Assembly (NCBI RefSeq): GCF_026898155.1
Contig: NZ_CP114029.1
Coordinates: 5,349,072-5,373,071, forward strand
Source of the DNA: Jiella pelagia
Lineage (GTDB): Bacteria > Pseudomonadota > Alphaproteobacteria > Rhizobiales > Rhizobiaceae
Length of the DNA stretch: 24,000 nt
Direction of reading: 5' to 3'
The notes beneath the pieces are model-generated. The model saw nothing but the letters and a program-made list of their open reading frames with translations, was not told where the DNA came from and did no database searches. Position numbers and translations under genes: made by a program. Below, in pieces: positions 6,332 through 15,173 of the stretch. Every line of letters starts with the position of its first letter. Positions within the stretch are counted from its first letter, which is position 1.

Positions 6332-9145
6332 CTAACGCCGCGTCCGCCCGTCGTACTGCTTCACGTCGTCGCCGCCATAAAGAATGCGGCTTGGGTTGGT
6401 GGAGAAGTCGGCGACCGCGTCGTCGATCCGGTCGACCGTCCGGGAGAGGCTGCGCATCAGCGACTGGAAGTCCTGCAGACCCTGGCTGGAGAAGCGCTGC
6501 AGGTTGGCCGAGATCGGCGTCACCTGCTCCTGGATCGACTGCGCCGCCCCGCGGACCGACTGCAGGGCGCCCGCGAGGTCGGAACCCAGCTGGGTGCCAT
6601 TGCCGGCTCCTGCGAAGACGCCGTCGATCGACGTCAACACGCCGTCGATCTTCGCCGATGCGGTTTTCAGGCTGTCGCTGGTCGCCTGGACGTTTTCGAT
6701 GATGCTGTCGATCTGCGGCCGCTTGGCGCCGATGTCGGTGGCGACGCCGGCGATCGAGTCTGCTGCCCGGGCGACGTTGTCCGTCGCCGCCGAGACGTTC
6801 TCCACCGCCTGGTTCACCTTGCCGGGGTCGATGCTGGCGAGCAGCGTGTCGAGCTGCGCGCGCGTCTCGGAAAAGCCCTTGACCGCGCCGTCAATGGTCA
6901 GGACGGCGGAATTGACCCGTTCGACGATCGACTGGATTTCCGGGGTCTTCTCGCGCACGGCGTCGGTGATCGCGCCGACATTGTCGATCGACTTGTTGAT
7001 CATCGCCGTATCGAGAGAATCGACCACGCCCTTGGCGCTGTCGAGAGTCGAGTTCAGCTTGGTCGAGGCCTGGCTGACATTGGTGCTGATCGGGCCGAGG
7101 CTGGCGAGCAGCTGGTCGATGGCGTCGACGCGCTGGGCAACCGTCGTGGTGATCTGGTTGACGTTCTGCGCCGAGTTGGCGAAGCCGCTGATCGCCGAAG
7201 AGATCGCCTCCTTCTGCTGGTTCACCGTCTCGCTCACCGACGCGACGTTGGCCGCGGCGGAGGAGAAGGAGTCCACCGCCGTCGCGACCTTTTCCGGGTC
7301 CACCGCCGCCACCACGCGGTCGGCGTTCTGCAGCGTCGTGTCGAGGCTGTTGGCGACGCGGTTGGCCGTCTCCGTCAGCGGCGCGATGTTGGCGATCGCC
7401 TGGTCGATGTCCTGGCGGCGATCCGCCACCGTCTTCGTCACCTGCTCGACATTGGTCACGGCGTTCGACGCGCCCTGCACAATGGTATCGATCGCTTCGG
7501 ACTGGTCGCTCAGCTTCTGGCTGAGTGCTGCGGCATTGGTCGCCGTCGTCGACGCCCCGTCGAGGGTCGTCTGCACCTTCGCCGGATCGATCGCCGCAAC
7601 GACCTGGCGGGCCGAGCCGAGGGTCTCGTTCAGCGACGTCGCAGCCTGGCCGACCTGGTCCGAGATCGGACCGAGATTGGCCAGCGCCTGGTCGATCTCG
7701 CCGGAGCGCTGCGCCACGGTGGTGGTCAGCCGGTTGACGTTCTGCGCCGAGTTGGCAAAGCCGCTGATCGCCGACGAAATCGCTTCCTTCTGCTGGTCCA
7801 CCGCCTCGGTCAACGAGGCGACGTTCGTCGCTGCAGCCGTAACCTGGTCGAGCGTCTGCGACACCTTGGCCGGATCCACCGCCGCGACCACACGGTCGGC
7901 ATTCTGCAGCGTCACGTCGAGGCGGTTGGCCACCCGGTTCGCGGTGTCGGAAAGCGGCGCGAGATTGGCGAGCGTCTGGTCGATTTCCTCGCGCCGGTCG
8001 GCAACGGCCTTGGTGACGGTTTCAACGTTGGCGACGGCGTTGGACGCGCCCTGAACGATGGTGTCGATCGCTTCGGACTGGTCGTTGAGCCTCTGGCTGA
8101 GGGCCGCGACATTCGTCGCCGTTTGCGACACGCCGTCGAGCGTCGTGGAGACCTTCGCGGGATCGACGGCGGCGATCACCTGATCAGCGCCTTGTAGCGT
8201 CGTGCCGAGTTGGGTGGCGACGCTCGTCGCGGTGTCGGCGAATGGGCCGAGGGCCCCGATGAAGCGGTCGATCCCGTCGGCATTCTGATTGATCACGTCA
8301 CCGATCTTGCCGACGCCGTTCGCCGCCGACTGAACCGAATCCATGACGCTGCCGATCCGCTCCGAGCCTTCTCGGACATTCGCAGTCACCTGCGTGACGT
8401 TGCCGACGATCTGGCCGATTTCGTCGGTGTCGACTGCGGCAAGGATGTCCTGCGCTTGCTGGATCGCGCTCGGCAAGGCGTCTGCGACGTTGCGTGCGCT
8501 GACGGTCAGCGCCGACAGGCTGTCGACGAAGGAATCGATGTTGTCGGTGTTGCGGGCCAGCGCGGCGGTGAAGGTCTCGACGTTCTCCGACGTCTTGGCG
8601 ACGTTGGCGACGGTGGTCTGAACGCCGGGGCCGGCATCCTTCACAATGCTCTCGAATTCGCCGAGGATCGTGTTCGCCCGGTCGGCGATGTCGCGGGCCG
8701 TCGCCAGGATGTCGGTGACGTCCGAGGGATTGGCGCGGATGACGGGAGTGACACCCTGCTGCCGGGCCTCGTCGATGAGATTTTCACCTGTGGGATCGCC
8801 GCCCTTCAGTTCGACGAAGGCATAGCCCGTCAGGCCCTGGAAGCCGATATTGGCCTGGGTGTTCTCCTTGATGGGGATTGTGGGATCCACCATCGTCGTG
8901 GCGATGACCACGCCGGGATTGTTGTTGTCGATCCTCAGCGCAGTCACCTGGCCGACCGGCAGGCCGTTGAACAGCACCTGGCTGCCCTGCTGCAGGCCGG
9001 TCACCGATCCTTCGATTCGCACGAGAAGCGGCACGCGGTTGTCACCGCTCGACGAGAACACGCTCCAATAGGTGAAGCCGACCGCAAGGGCGAGGACGAC
9101 GAGCGTGAAGATGCCGACGCGGACGTAATTGGCTCTGGTTTCCAT
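6332..9145 (-). CDS. MCE/MlaD-family protein, 937 aa, with a very long repeat-built helical C-terminal extension
   Basis: N-terminal TM helix (VRVGIFTLVVLALAVGFTYWSVF). One MCE domain (VRIEGSVTGLQQGSQVLFNGLPVGQVTAL...GFQGLTGYAFVELKGG). About 780 aa of Ala/Val/Thr/Gln/Asn/Asp-rich sequence follow, then the conserved tail FSTNPSRILYGG. The start ATG overlaps the stop of the upstream ATPase gene (TGATG at 9143-9147). Confidence 0.9.
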   Translation of the reverse strand: METRANYVRVGIFTLVVLALAVGFTYWSVFSSSGDNRVPLLVRIEGSVTGLQQGSQVLFNGLPVGQVTALRIDNNNPGVVIATTMVDPTIPIKENTQANIGFQGLTGYAFVELKGGDPTGENLIDEARQQGVTPVIRANPSDVTDILATARDIADRANTILGEFESIVKDAGPGVQTTVANVAKTSENVETFTAALARNTDNIDSFVDSLSALTVSARNVADALPSAIQQAQDILAAVDTDEIGQIVGNVTQVTANVREGSERIGSVMDSVQSAANGVGKIGDVINQNADGIDRFIGALGPFADTATSVATQLGTTLQGADQVIAAVDPAKVSTTLDGVSQTATNVAALSQRLNDQSEAIDTIVQGASNAVANVETVTKAVADRREEIDQTLANLAPLSDTANRVANRLDVTLQNADRVVAAVDPAKVSQTLDQVTAAATNVASLTEAVDQQKEAISSAISGFANSAQNVNRLTTTVAQRSGEIDQALANLGPISDQVGQAATSLNETLGSARQVVAAIDPAKVQTTLDGASTTATNAAALSQKLSDQSEAIDTIVQGASNAVTNVEQVTKTVADRRQDIDQAIANIAPLTETANRVANSLDTTLQNADRVVAAVDPEKVATAVDSFSSAAANVASVSETVNQQKEAISSAISGFANSAQNVNQITTTVAQRVDAIDQLLASLGPISTNVSQASTKLNSTLDSAKGVVDSLDTAMINKSIDNVGAITDAVREKTPEIQSIVERVNSAVLTIDGAVKGFSETRAQLDTLLASIDPGKVNQAVENVSAATDNVARAADSIAGVATDIGAKRPQIDSIIENVQATSDSLKTASAKIDGVLTSIDGVFAGAGNGTQLGSDLAGALQSVRGAAQSIQEQVTPISANLQRFSSQGLQDFQSLMRSLSRTVDRIDDAVADFSTNPSRILYGGDDVKQYDGRTRR
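6836..8269. repeat. In-frame tandem repeat inside the MCE gene: a 288-bp (96-aa) unit organised as two 576-bp super-repeats (7694-8269 and 7118-7693), plus one further degenerate unit
   Basis: The landmark IDxxLAxLxP recurs at aa 293/389/485/581/677, and AAVDPxKV recurs at aa 325/421/517/613; each pair is exactly 96 aa apart. DQSEAIDTIVQGASNAV occurs at aa 355 and 547, and QQKEAISSAISGFANSAQNVN at aa 451 and 643, both 192 aa apart. The 65-nt stretch 8037-8101 differs from 7461-7525 at 7 positions. Confidence 0.85.
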
Positions 9146-10050
9146 CAGGCGGCTCCATCGGAGGGCATCGGCTGCGCTGCGGTTCCATGGTCGGTGACGA
9201 CCGTGCGGGCGCGCTTGCCGTGGAAATAGGATCTCACCCAGGGGTGATCGGATTGCAGCATGGTCGACAACGGGCCCTCGATCAGCACCTTGCGGTCGCC
9301 GAGAACGGCGATGCGGTCGCAGGCCTGGAAGAGGCTGTCGAGGTCGTGCGTCACCATGTAGACGCTGAGGCCCAGCGTATCGCGCAGCGTCATGATCAGC
9401 TGGTCGAAATCGGCGGCGCCGATCGGGTCGAGACCGGACGTCGGCTCATCGAGGAAGACGATCTCCGGATCGAGGGCGAGCGCCCTGGCGAGGGCGGCGC
9501 GCTTGATCATGCCGCCGGAGAGTTCGGACGGGTACTTGTCCGCCGCGTCCGGGGCAAGGCCGACGAGATCGATCTTGAGTCGGGTCAATTCGCGCATCAG
9601 CTTCGGCGACAGATCGAGATATTCGCGCATCGGCACCTCGATGTTCTCGGCGACCGTCAGCGCCGAGAACAGCGCGCCCTGCTGGAACAGAACGCCCCAG
9701 CGGCGCTCGACCGACAGCTTCTCTCGCTCGCTCGCCTGGTGGTAGTCGATGCCGAAGACCTCGATCTTGCCGCCCTGCTTGGGATTGAGGCCGAGAATGG
9801 TGCGAAGCAGCACCGACTTTCCCGCGCCGGACGGACCGACGAAACCGAGGATCTCGCCGCGACGCACGTCGAGCGAGAGGTTTTCGAGGATCTTCTTGGC
9901 TCCAAAGGCGACGTTCACGCCGCGCGCACGGATCAGCACCTCGCCCTGTGCCTGCGCTTGGGCGGCGTTCGCCGCAGAGCCTCCGTTGAGAGCCGTTCCG
10001 TTCTGGGCCGCAGGGTCGTGTGCCACTGTCTCAGAGCCCCATCGAGGCAT
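9145..10050 (-). CDS. MlaF-like ABC transporter ATP-binding protein
   Basis: Walker A GPSGAGKSV, Q-loop GVLFQQGALF, signature LSGGMIKRAALARAL, Walker B IVFLDEPTSGLDP and H-loop MVTHDLDS are all present. The start is uncertain: ATG 10050 overlaps the permease 3' end, TTG 10062 and GTG 10026 are alternatives. The N-terminal roughly 40 aa are low complexity (AAQNGTALNGGSAANAAQAQAQ). Confidence 0.88.
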   Translation of the reverse strand: MPRWGSETVAHDPAAQNGTALNGGSAANAAQAQAQGEVLIRARGVNVAFGAKKILENLSLDVRRGEILGFVGPSGAGKSVLLRTILGLNPKQGGKIEVFGIDYHQASEREKLSVERRWGVLFQQGALFSALTVAENIEVPMREYLDLSPKLMRELTRLKIDLVGLAPDAADKYPSELSGGMIKRAALARALALDPEIVFLDEPTSGLDPIGAADFDQLIMTLRDTLGLSVYMVTHDLDSLFQACDRIAVLGDRKVLIEGPLSTMLQSDHPWVRSYFHGKRARTVVTDHGTAAQPMPSDGAA

Positions 10051-11219
10051 AGAAGATCGCAAACAGGCCGTCCATGACGATGACGAGGAAGATCGATTTT
10101 ACCACGGACGCGGTGACGCGAAGGCCGAGGCTTTCGGCGCTGCCGCCGACCTTCATCCCCTCCAGCGCCCCGACGACGCCGATGACGATTGCCATGAAGG
10201 GCGCCTTGATCACGCCGGAGAAGACCGTGAACAGGTCGACGCTGGTTTGAATACCCTGCAGGAAGTTGGCGAAAGAGATGTCGGAATAGAGCTTCAGCGT
10301 CAGCATGCCGCCGAGCAGCGCCGCAAGATTGGCAAGAACCGTCAGGAGCGGCAGCGCGATGGTCAGCGCCAGGAGGCGCGGAAACACCAGGACGCTGATC
10401 GGGTTGAGGCCGATGACATGTAGCGCGTCGATTTCCTCGCGCATCTTCATCGAGCCGATCTCGGCGGTGATGGCGCTTCCCGAACGGCCGGCGATCATGA
10501 TCGCGGCAAGAAGCACGCCGATCTCGCGCAGCACCAGGATGCCGACGAGATTGACGGCATAGACCTCGCCCCCGAAGCGCCGCAGCTGGAAGGCCCCCTG
10601 CTGGGCGATGATGCCGCCGATCAGGAAGGTGATCAGGACGATGATGGGGATCGCCTTCACGCCCATCTGGTCGAGCTGGTTGAAGACCGCGGCCGGGCGC
10701 CCTCGGGTGCGACCGGTCAGGCGATTGCCGGCGCCGTAGATCGCCCCGCCGAGGACGTTGAGGGCGGCCACCAATTCGTCTCGGACGGCGTAGACGCCGC
10801 TGCCGACCGCGTTGGGAAAGGCAATCAGCGGGTTCGGACGCGTCTTCTCGGCTGCGGGAACATCCTTGTCCATCGCCCCGCGAACAGCCTCAAACAGCGC
10901 CTCGTCGCGCTTTGACACGCCGGCGAGCCTCGACCTTGCGGCGCCCATTGTCGAGATCGCGCGACAGACGTTCGAGGACGAAGGCCCCGGCGGTGTCGAT
11001 TCGGCCAACATTCGAGCAATCCACGGTGATCCGCTCGCCGAGATCGGAACGGGCGGTTTCCGACAGAAGGCTCTCGATGTCGCCGACGGTGCGCGCCAGC
11101 CAGTCGCCGCTGGCGACAAGCCGAACCCCGCCATCCCGCTTCTCGCCTTCGAGAACAGGTTTGACGGCAGACAGGCGACCGCGCTCGGCGGCCTCGTCGG
11201 GCTTCACAGCCTCCAGCAT
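10031..11219 (-). pseudogene. MlaE-family permease with an N-terminal MlaB-like STAS domain, interrupted by a +1 frame break near 10925-10931 (real pseudogene or assembly indel)
   Basis: The ORF at 10890-11312 encodes a STAS-like segment (GGVRLVASGDWLARTVGDIESLL...ITVDCSNVGRIDTAGAFVLERLSRDL). The ORF at 10031-11134 in the next frame encodes LAGVSKRDEALFEAV... followed by the MlaE core (REIGVLLAAIMIAGRSGSAITAEIGSMKMREEIDAL). Skipping one nt in GTCGAGGCTCGCC (minus strand) joins them. The start is uncertain: ATG 11219 is preferred, ATG 11282 and TTG 11312 are alternatives. Confidence 0.8.
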
Positions 11220-11387
11220 CGTCCCTCGATCCGCATCCGGCCCGCTTCTGGCTGCCGCCAAGTCCTGCCGACCATGGGTCATCCCGACGGTCGGCGGCGA
11301 TCGGTCGGCCAATCGGTTGCCACCCCCTTCACTGGCACAGGGCTTCGTGGGAATAAACCAAAGCCGTTTCCAGGGAGATCATTTACC

Positions 11388-12368
11388 ATGCCGCGTCGTC
11401 TTTCGGTCACAGTGGAACATTTTCCGCTTCGCGAGCCCTTTCGGATCGCGCGGGGCGTCAAGACCGAGGCGGCGGTGGTCACCTGTGAGATCGCCGACGA
11501 ATACGGCAGGGGCTGGGCGGAATGCGTGCCCTATCCGCGCTATGGCGAGAGCATGGACAGCGTTCTTGCCCAGATCGAGGGCGTCCGTCCGCTGATCGAG
11601 CGCGGCGGCTCGCGCGACAGCCTGGCCGCGGCGCTGGGCGCTGGCGCCGCGCGGAACGCCGTCGATTGTGCCCTCTGGGACCTCGAGGGAAAGTCGACCG
11701 GTGTGCCGGTCGCCTCGATCGTCTGCGGCGATACGCCTCGGCCGATCGAGACCGCCTACACGATCAGCCTCGACAGTGCCGCGGCAATGGCGGACGCCGC
11801 GCGAGCCTCCGGCCGCAAACTTCTGAAGATCAAGCTCGGCACCGACGACGATCGCGAGCGCATCCGCGCCGTCCACAGTGCGGCACGCGGGGCCCGGCTC
11901 ATCCTCGACGCCAATGAAGGATGGACCGAAGCCAATGTCGGGGACCATCTCCTGGCCGCTGCGGCTGCCGGTGCCATCCTGGTCGAGCAACCGCTGCCCG
12001 CCGGAAAGGACGCCATCCTCGGCAAGATTCCCCATCCGGTCCCGGTCTGCGCCGATGAATCCCTGCATGTCGGCGAAGACCTCGACAAACTCCTCGGCCT
12101 CTACGACTTCGTGAATATCAAGCTCGACAAGACCGGCGGCCTGACCGAAGCGGTCCGGCTGATGCGCGAGGCGCGCCAGCGGGGATTTGGCGTGATGGTC
12201 GGCTGCATGGTCGGCTCGTCGCTTGCCATGGCCCCCGCCATCCTGCTCGCCCAGACCGCCGACATCGTCGATCTCGACGGCCCGCTGCTCCTGGCGAAGG
12301 ATCGGCCGCATCCGCTCACCTATACCGGCTCGATGGTCTCGCCGCCCGATCCGCGCTTGTGGGGGTGA
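11388..12368 (+). CDS. Enolase-superfamily dipeptide epimerase (L-Ala-D/L-Glu epimerase-like)
   Basis: 326 aa from the ATG at 11388, with GGGAGA 8 nt upstream. Family motifs are present: KIKLG, ILDANEGW, VEQPLP, ADESL and NIKLDKTGGLTEA. The ORF-track extension back to 10812 is antisense to the permease gene and was rejected. Confidence 0.85.
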   Translation: MPRRLSVTVEHFPLREPFRIARGVKTEAAVVTCEIADEYGRGWAECVPYPRYGESMDSVLAQIEGVRPLIERGGSRDSLAAALGAGAARNAVDCALWDLEGKSTGVPVASIVCGDTPRPIETAYTISLDSAAAMADAARASGRKLLKIKLGTDDDRERIRAVHSAARGARLILDANEGWTEANVGDHLLAAAAAGAILVEQPLPAGKDAILGKIPHPVPVCADESLHVGEDLDKLLGLYDFVNIKLDKTGGLTEAVRLMREARQRGFGVMVGCMVGSSLAMAPAILLAQTADIVDLDGPLLLAKDRPHPLTYTGSMVSPPDPRLWG

Positions 12369-12462
12369 GGGTCGGCTACGCCACTGAGATTTGCGGCTCC
12401 ACGTCCGGCGGAAGCGCCCGGCGCCCCCCTCCCCAAGAGACTCGACCTCAGGCCGCAGCCCC

Positions 12463-14524
12463 TCAGATCGCCCCGATCTTCTCCCGCAGCCGTGCCTCGA
12501 CCTCCTCGCGCTGGCTTTTCAACGACGCGATCTCCCGATCGATCGCCCCGAGTTGGTCTTCCTGGTCACGCATCGCGTCGAGATACCTGTCGCGCAGATC
12601 CCCGGAATCCACGGCCTTGATGTTCTCGCGGATCCGATCCTGAGCGGCATAAATGTCCTGCTTCTGGCTGGTCAGAGTATCGATCTTGCGGTCGAGATCG
12701 GTCTTTTCGGCCTGGATCGCGGCAATCGCCTTCAACGCGGCCGAAAGCTCCGGATCGCCCGCCTGGCTGGAGAAGCGCAGGAGTTCGGACTGGCTGGCAT
12801 CGACCAGCGCAAAACCCTCGTCGCGCACGAAGCGGTAGGTGGCTTCGATGTCGCGGGTGCCGCCGGCCGGGATCACCGCCTCGAGCCGATAGGCGTCGGT
12901 GGTCTCGGCGACCCGGTCTTCCGAAATCAGCTGCCAGCCGGAAAGCTTCGGGTGATCGATGACGAGCTTGCGCTCCTCCGCCGCGGCATTTTCCGCCGTA
13001 TAGACCGTGTGGCGCTCCTGGATCGACTTGAAGCGGAGCACGCCGTCGACGACGCGCAGTTCGCTGATAAGCTCCTGTGGCTCTTCGGTGGTGTTCACCG
13101 TCACCTTGCGGTCGAGGGCGAACTGCACCTGCCGCTCCTGGCCCGCCGGCACCGGCAGAAGCGTCGAATCGCCGACATAGCCGGAGGCGTCGTAGACCGT
13201 GACGATCCCCGCCGGCAGGGCCGAGCCGGTCTCGTTGTCGAGCTGGACGGCGGCCGTCGGATGGATCTCGCCGCGCCCCGGCGTGAACACAGCGATCCGC
13301 TCGGCGGGCACATCCGCGTCGACCACCGGCACGGACAGCGTCGAGCCGGCATCGAGCGTCACCGGCTGCGGCAGCGGATAGGTGACGGAGACGTCGCCCT
13401 CGACCGCCTCGCCGACCTCGCTCGCCTCGCCGATCGAGAACTCGGCGGCCTCCGGCATGGGCGCGGCGGCCATCAGATTGTCGGCGAAAGCGGCGGCGCC
13501 GCTGACCGAGCGACTGGCCTTGGCACTCCGCGACGATGGGCTCGGCAGCGCTCCGCGGTCAGGTTCCGGAATCGATTGCCTGTCAACGAAGACAGGCACT
13601 TCCGGCCGTTCCTTGAAAAACGGGTCGAAGAGGTTCTGGCGCAGCGTCACCGGCGAGCCTGACGACAGCGCGACCTTCACGTCGTTCCAGTTCTCGCCGG
13701 TAGCGTTCTCGATCACCGCCCAGCTTTGCAGCCGGCCCTTGCCGTCCTTGCCGAGCACCAGACGGTGCGAGGACTTCCAGACGGGCGCTGCGACCACGTA
13801 GTCGAACTCGACGTTCCGCTCTCCCGTCCCGTCGACCTTCACCGAGACGAGGCGGCTGTCGTCGGACAGGCTGCGCGACAGCGACTGGACGGCCTTCTGC
13901 AATTCTTCGGCGGTCTTTTCGTCGAGGATCTCGACCGATGTGTCGGCGAAGACCGGCAGCGAACGGACCGAGCCGGTCTCGTCGAGGATCGCCACGATGG
14001 CGAGCGGCCTCTGCGCCTTCTCGGCACTATCGCCTGCAGGGGGCTGCGAGGTGCCGAGCACGGTTCCGGTCACCGAGCGGTCGCCCTCGATGCGCACCCG
14101 CGCGCCCTTCAGCTTGTTGAGGAGGAGCGGCAGCGAGATCGAGATCGGCCGGCGTGAACAAAGCGGCGCGCGACAGCTCCTGGGCATTGACCGAGCCTTC
14201 CAGCGTCACCTGCCCGACACCGCCACCCGGATTGCGCACGACGAGGCTCTTCAGGACGTCGTTGACCTGGTCGAGCGGCACCTCCATGCCGACCGTCGCA
14301 TCGCCTGAGACTTCGGCCGACCGGATGATCTCCGCGACGCCCCCCGAAAACAGCACGATCGAGCGGATGTCGCCGGTGCGCGTCGGCTCGGCGGAGGTCG
14401 CAACGGGCATATCCGCAGACTGGGCAGCCGGAGCGGCCGGATCGGACGTCTGAGCCCCGGCGAGCGCCGTGCTGGCCAGAAGCGCCGCGAAGGTGGCCGA
14501 GGCGATGAGATGGATGTTTCGCAT
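12463..14524 (-). pseudogene. Exported DUF4139-like protein with a C-terminal coiled coil, interrupted by a +1 frame break at about 14125-14155 (real pseudogene or assembly indel)
   Basis: The ORF at 14027-14542 gives the signal peptide MRNIHLIASATFAALLASTALAGA (ATG 14524, GGAGA upstream) and about 128 aa. The ORF at 12463-14187 in the next frame continues with LPLLLNKLKGARVRIEG... for about 560 aa and ends in a heptad-like region (DLDRKIDTLTSQKQDIYAAQDRIRENI...REIASLKSQREEVEARLREKI). The DUF4139 assignment is from memory of the family, not a search. Confidence 0.65.
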
Positions 14525-14738
14525 GTGATCTCCGAAAGACATGACTGTGACGCCAAACGCGCAACCGTCGAGAACTGCCCGATCCTCGCCGAAGACGTCG
14601 TAAGCCCCGAAGCCTCTTGCCTATGATTCATGGCGAGTTGAAGAAGGCGGCGGTCCCGGGACCAAGATCGTTTCCCGGCCAAACGCCCATGCCTTCGCGA
14701 CGCTTGCCTTCCGGGCGCGCTTGTTCGAATGTGCGGCG

Positions 14739-14990
14739 ATGGAGACCACCGACGCAACGAACCCCGCCCTGCCGGGCAACATCCTTGAGCGGGCGAAGGC
14801 TGCGGCAGATGCCCTGAACGCCGCGCTGCGCGAGGCGGCCCGCGAGGATGTCGCGCTGACGGTCGCCATTTCGACCGAGCCGCTGGAGCACGGCCAGCCG
14901 GGCCCGGAGGTGAGCGTCGTCGAAGTCATCCATCACGCCCATCAGGAAGGCACGCGGCCGGAGGATCTTTCCTCTGCCAACGACGACTGA
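14739..14990 (+). CDS. Hypothetical small acidic protein (83 aa)
   Basis: The ORF has strong third-position G/C bias like the neighbouring genes and a balanced, acidic composition (METTDATNPALPGNILERAKAAADALNAALREAARED...). The overlapping minus-strand ORF is Arg/Gly-rich junk. There is no clear SD and I recognise no family. Confidence 0.5.
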   Translation: METTDATNPALPGNILERAKAAADALNAALREAAREDVALTVAISTEPLEHGQPGPEVSVVEVIHHAHQEGTRPEDLSSANDD

Positions 14991-15173
14991 ACCGCAGCCC
15001 GGCGACGCGCAGGCTCCGGACGGCGTCCCCACCGACAGAGCGCCAGCCGGCCTCAAGCGCGACCACCCATTCCGCCGTGGCGACACCATCACGGGCAATT
15101 GACCCGGCGGGAGGTTTCCGCGCCGACGAGATGAGCGATTCTCTTCCCGGTCGAGACAACCGGAGAATTGCCG

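Noticed and set aside
6384-8054. 556-aa plus-strand ORF antisense to the MCE gene
   Set aside because: It is a shadow ORF of a high-GC, repeat-rich gene. Its translation is Ser/Ala/Thr/Arg-rich low complexity with no motif, while the minus-strand frame carries a clear MCE domain and a coupled start.
6836-8269. Possible CRISPR array or mobile-element repeat
   Set aside because: The repeats are 288/576-bp, in-frame and coding, with no short direct repeats separated by unique spacers. I recognised no cas, transposase or integrase genes anywhere in the window.
8210-10423. Plus-strand ORFs (8210-9229, 9187-10077, 9749-10423) antisense to the MCE, MlaF and MlaE genes; also 12391-13662 antisense to the DUF4139-like gene
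   Set aside because: For the same reason: no motifs, skewed Arg/Asp/Gly composition, and full overlap with well-supported genes.
11801-11809. GCGAGCCTC as a programmed frameshift signal
   Set aside because: The same 9-mer is read straight through in frame in the epimerase gene (11801-11809) and in queA (complement, 17537-17545). No slippery homopolymer or downstream structure was seen. An indel artefact or mutation is the better explanation.
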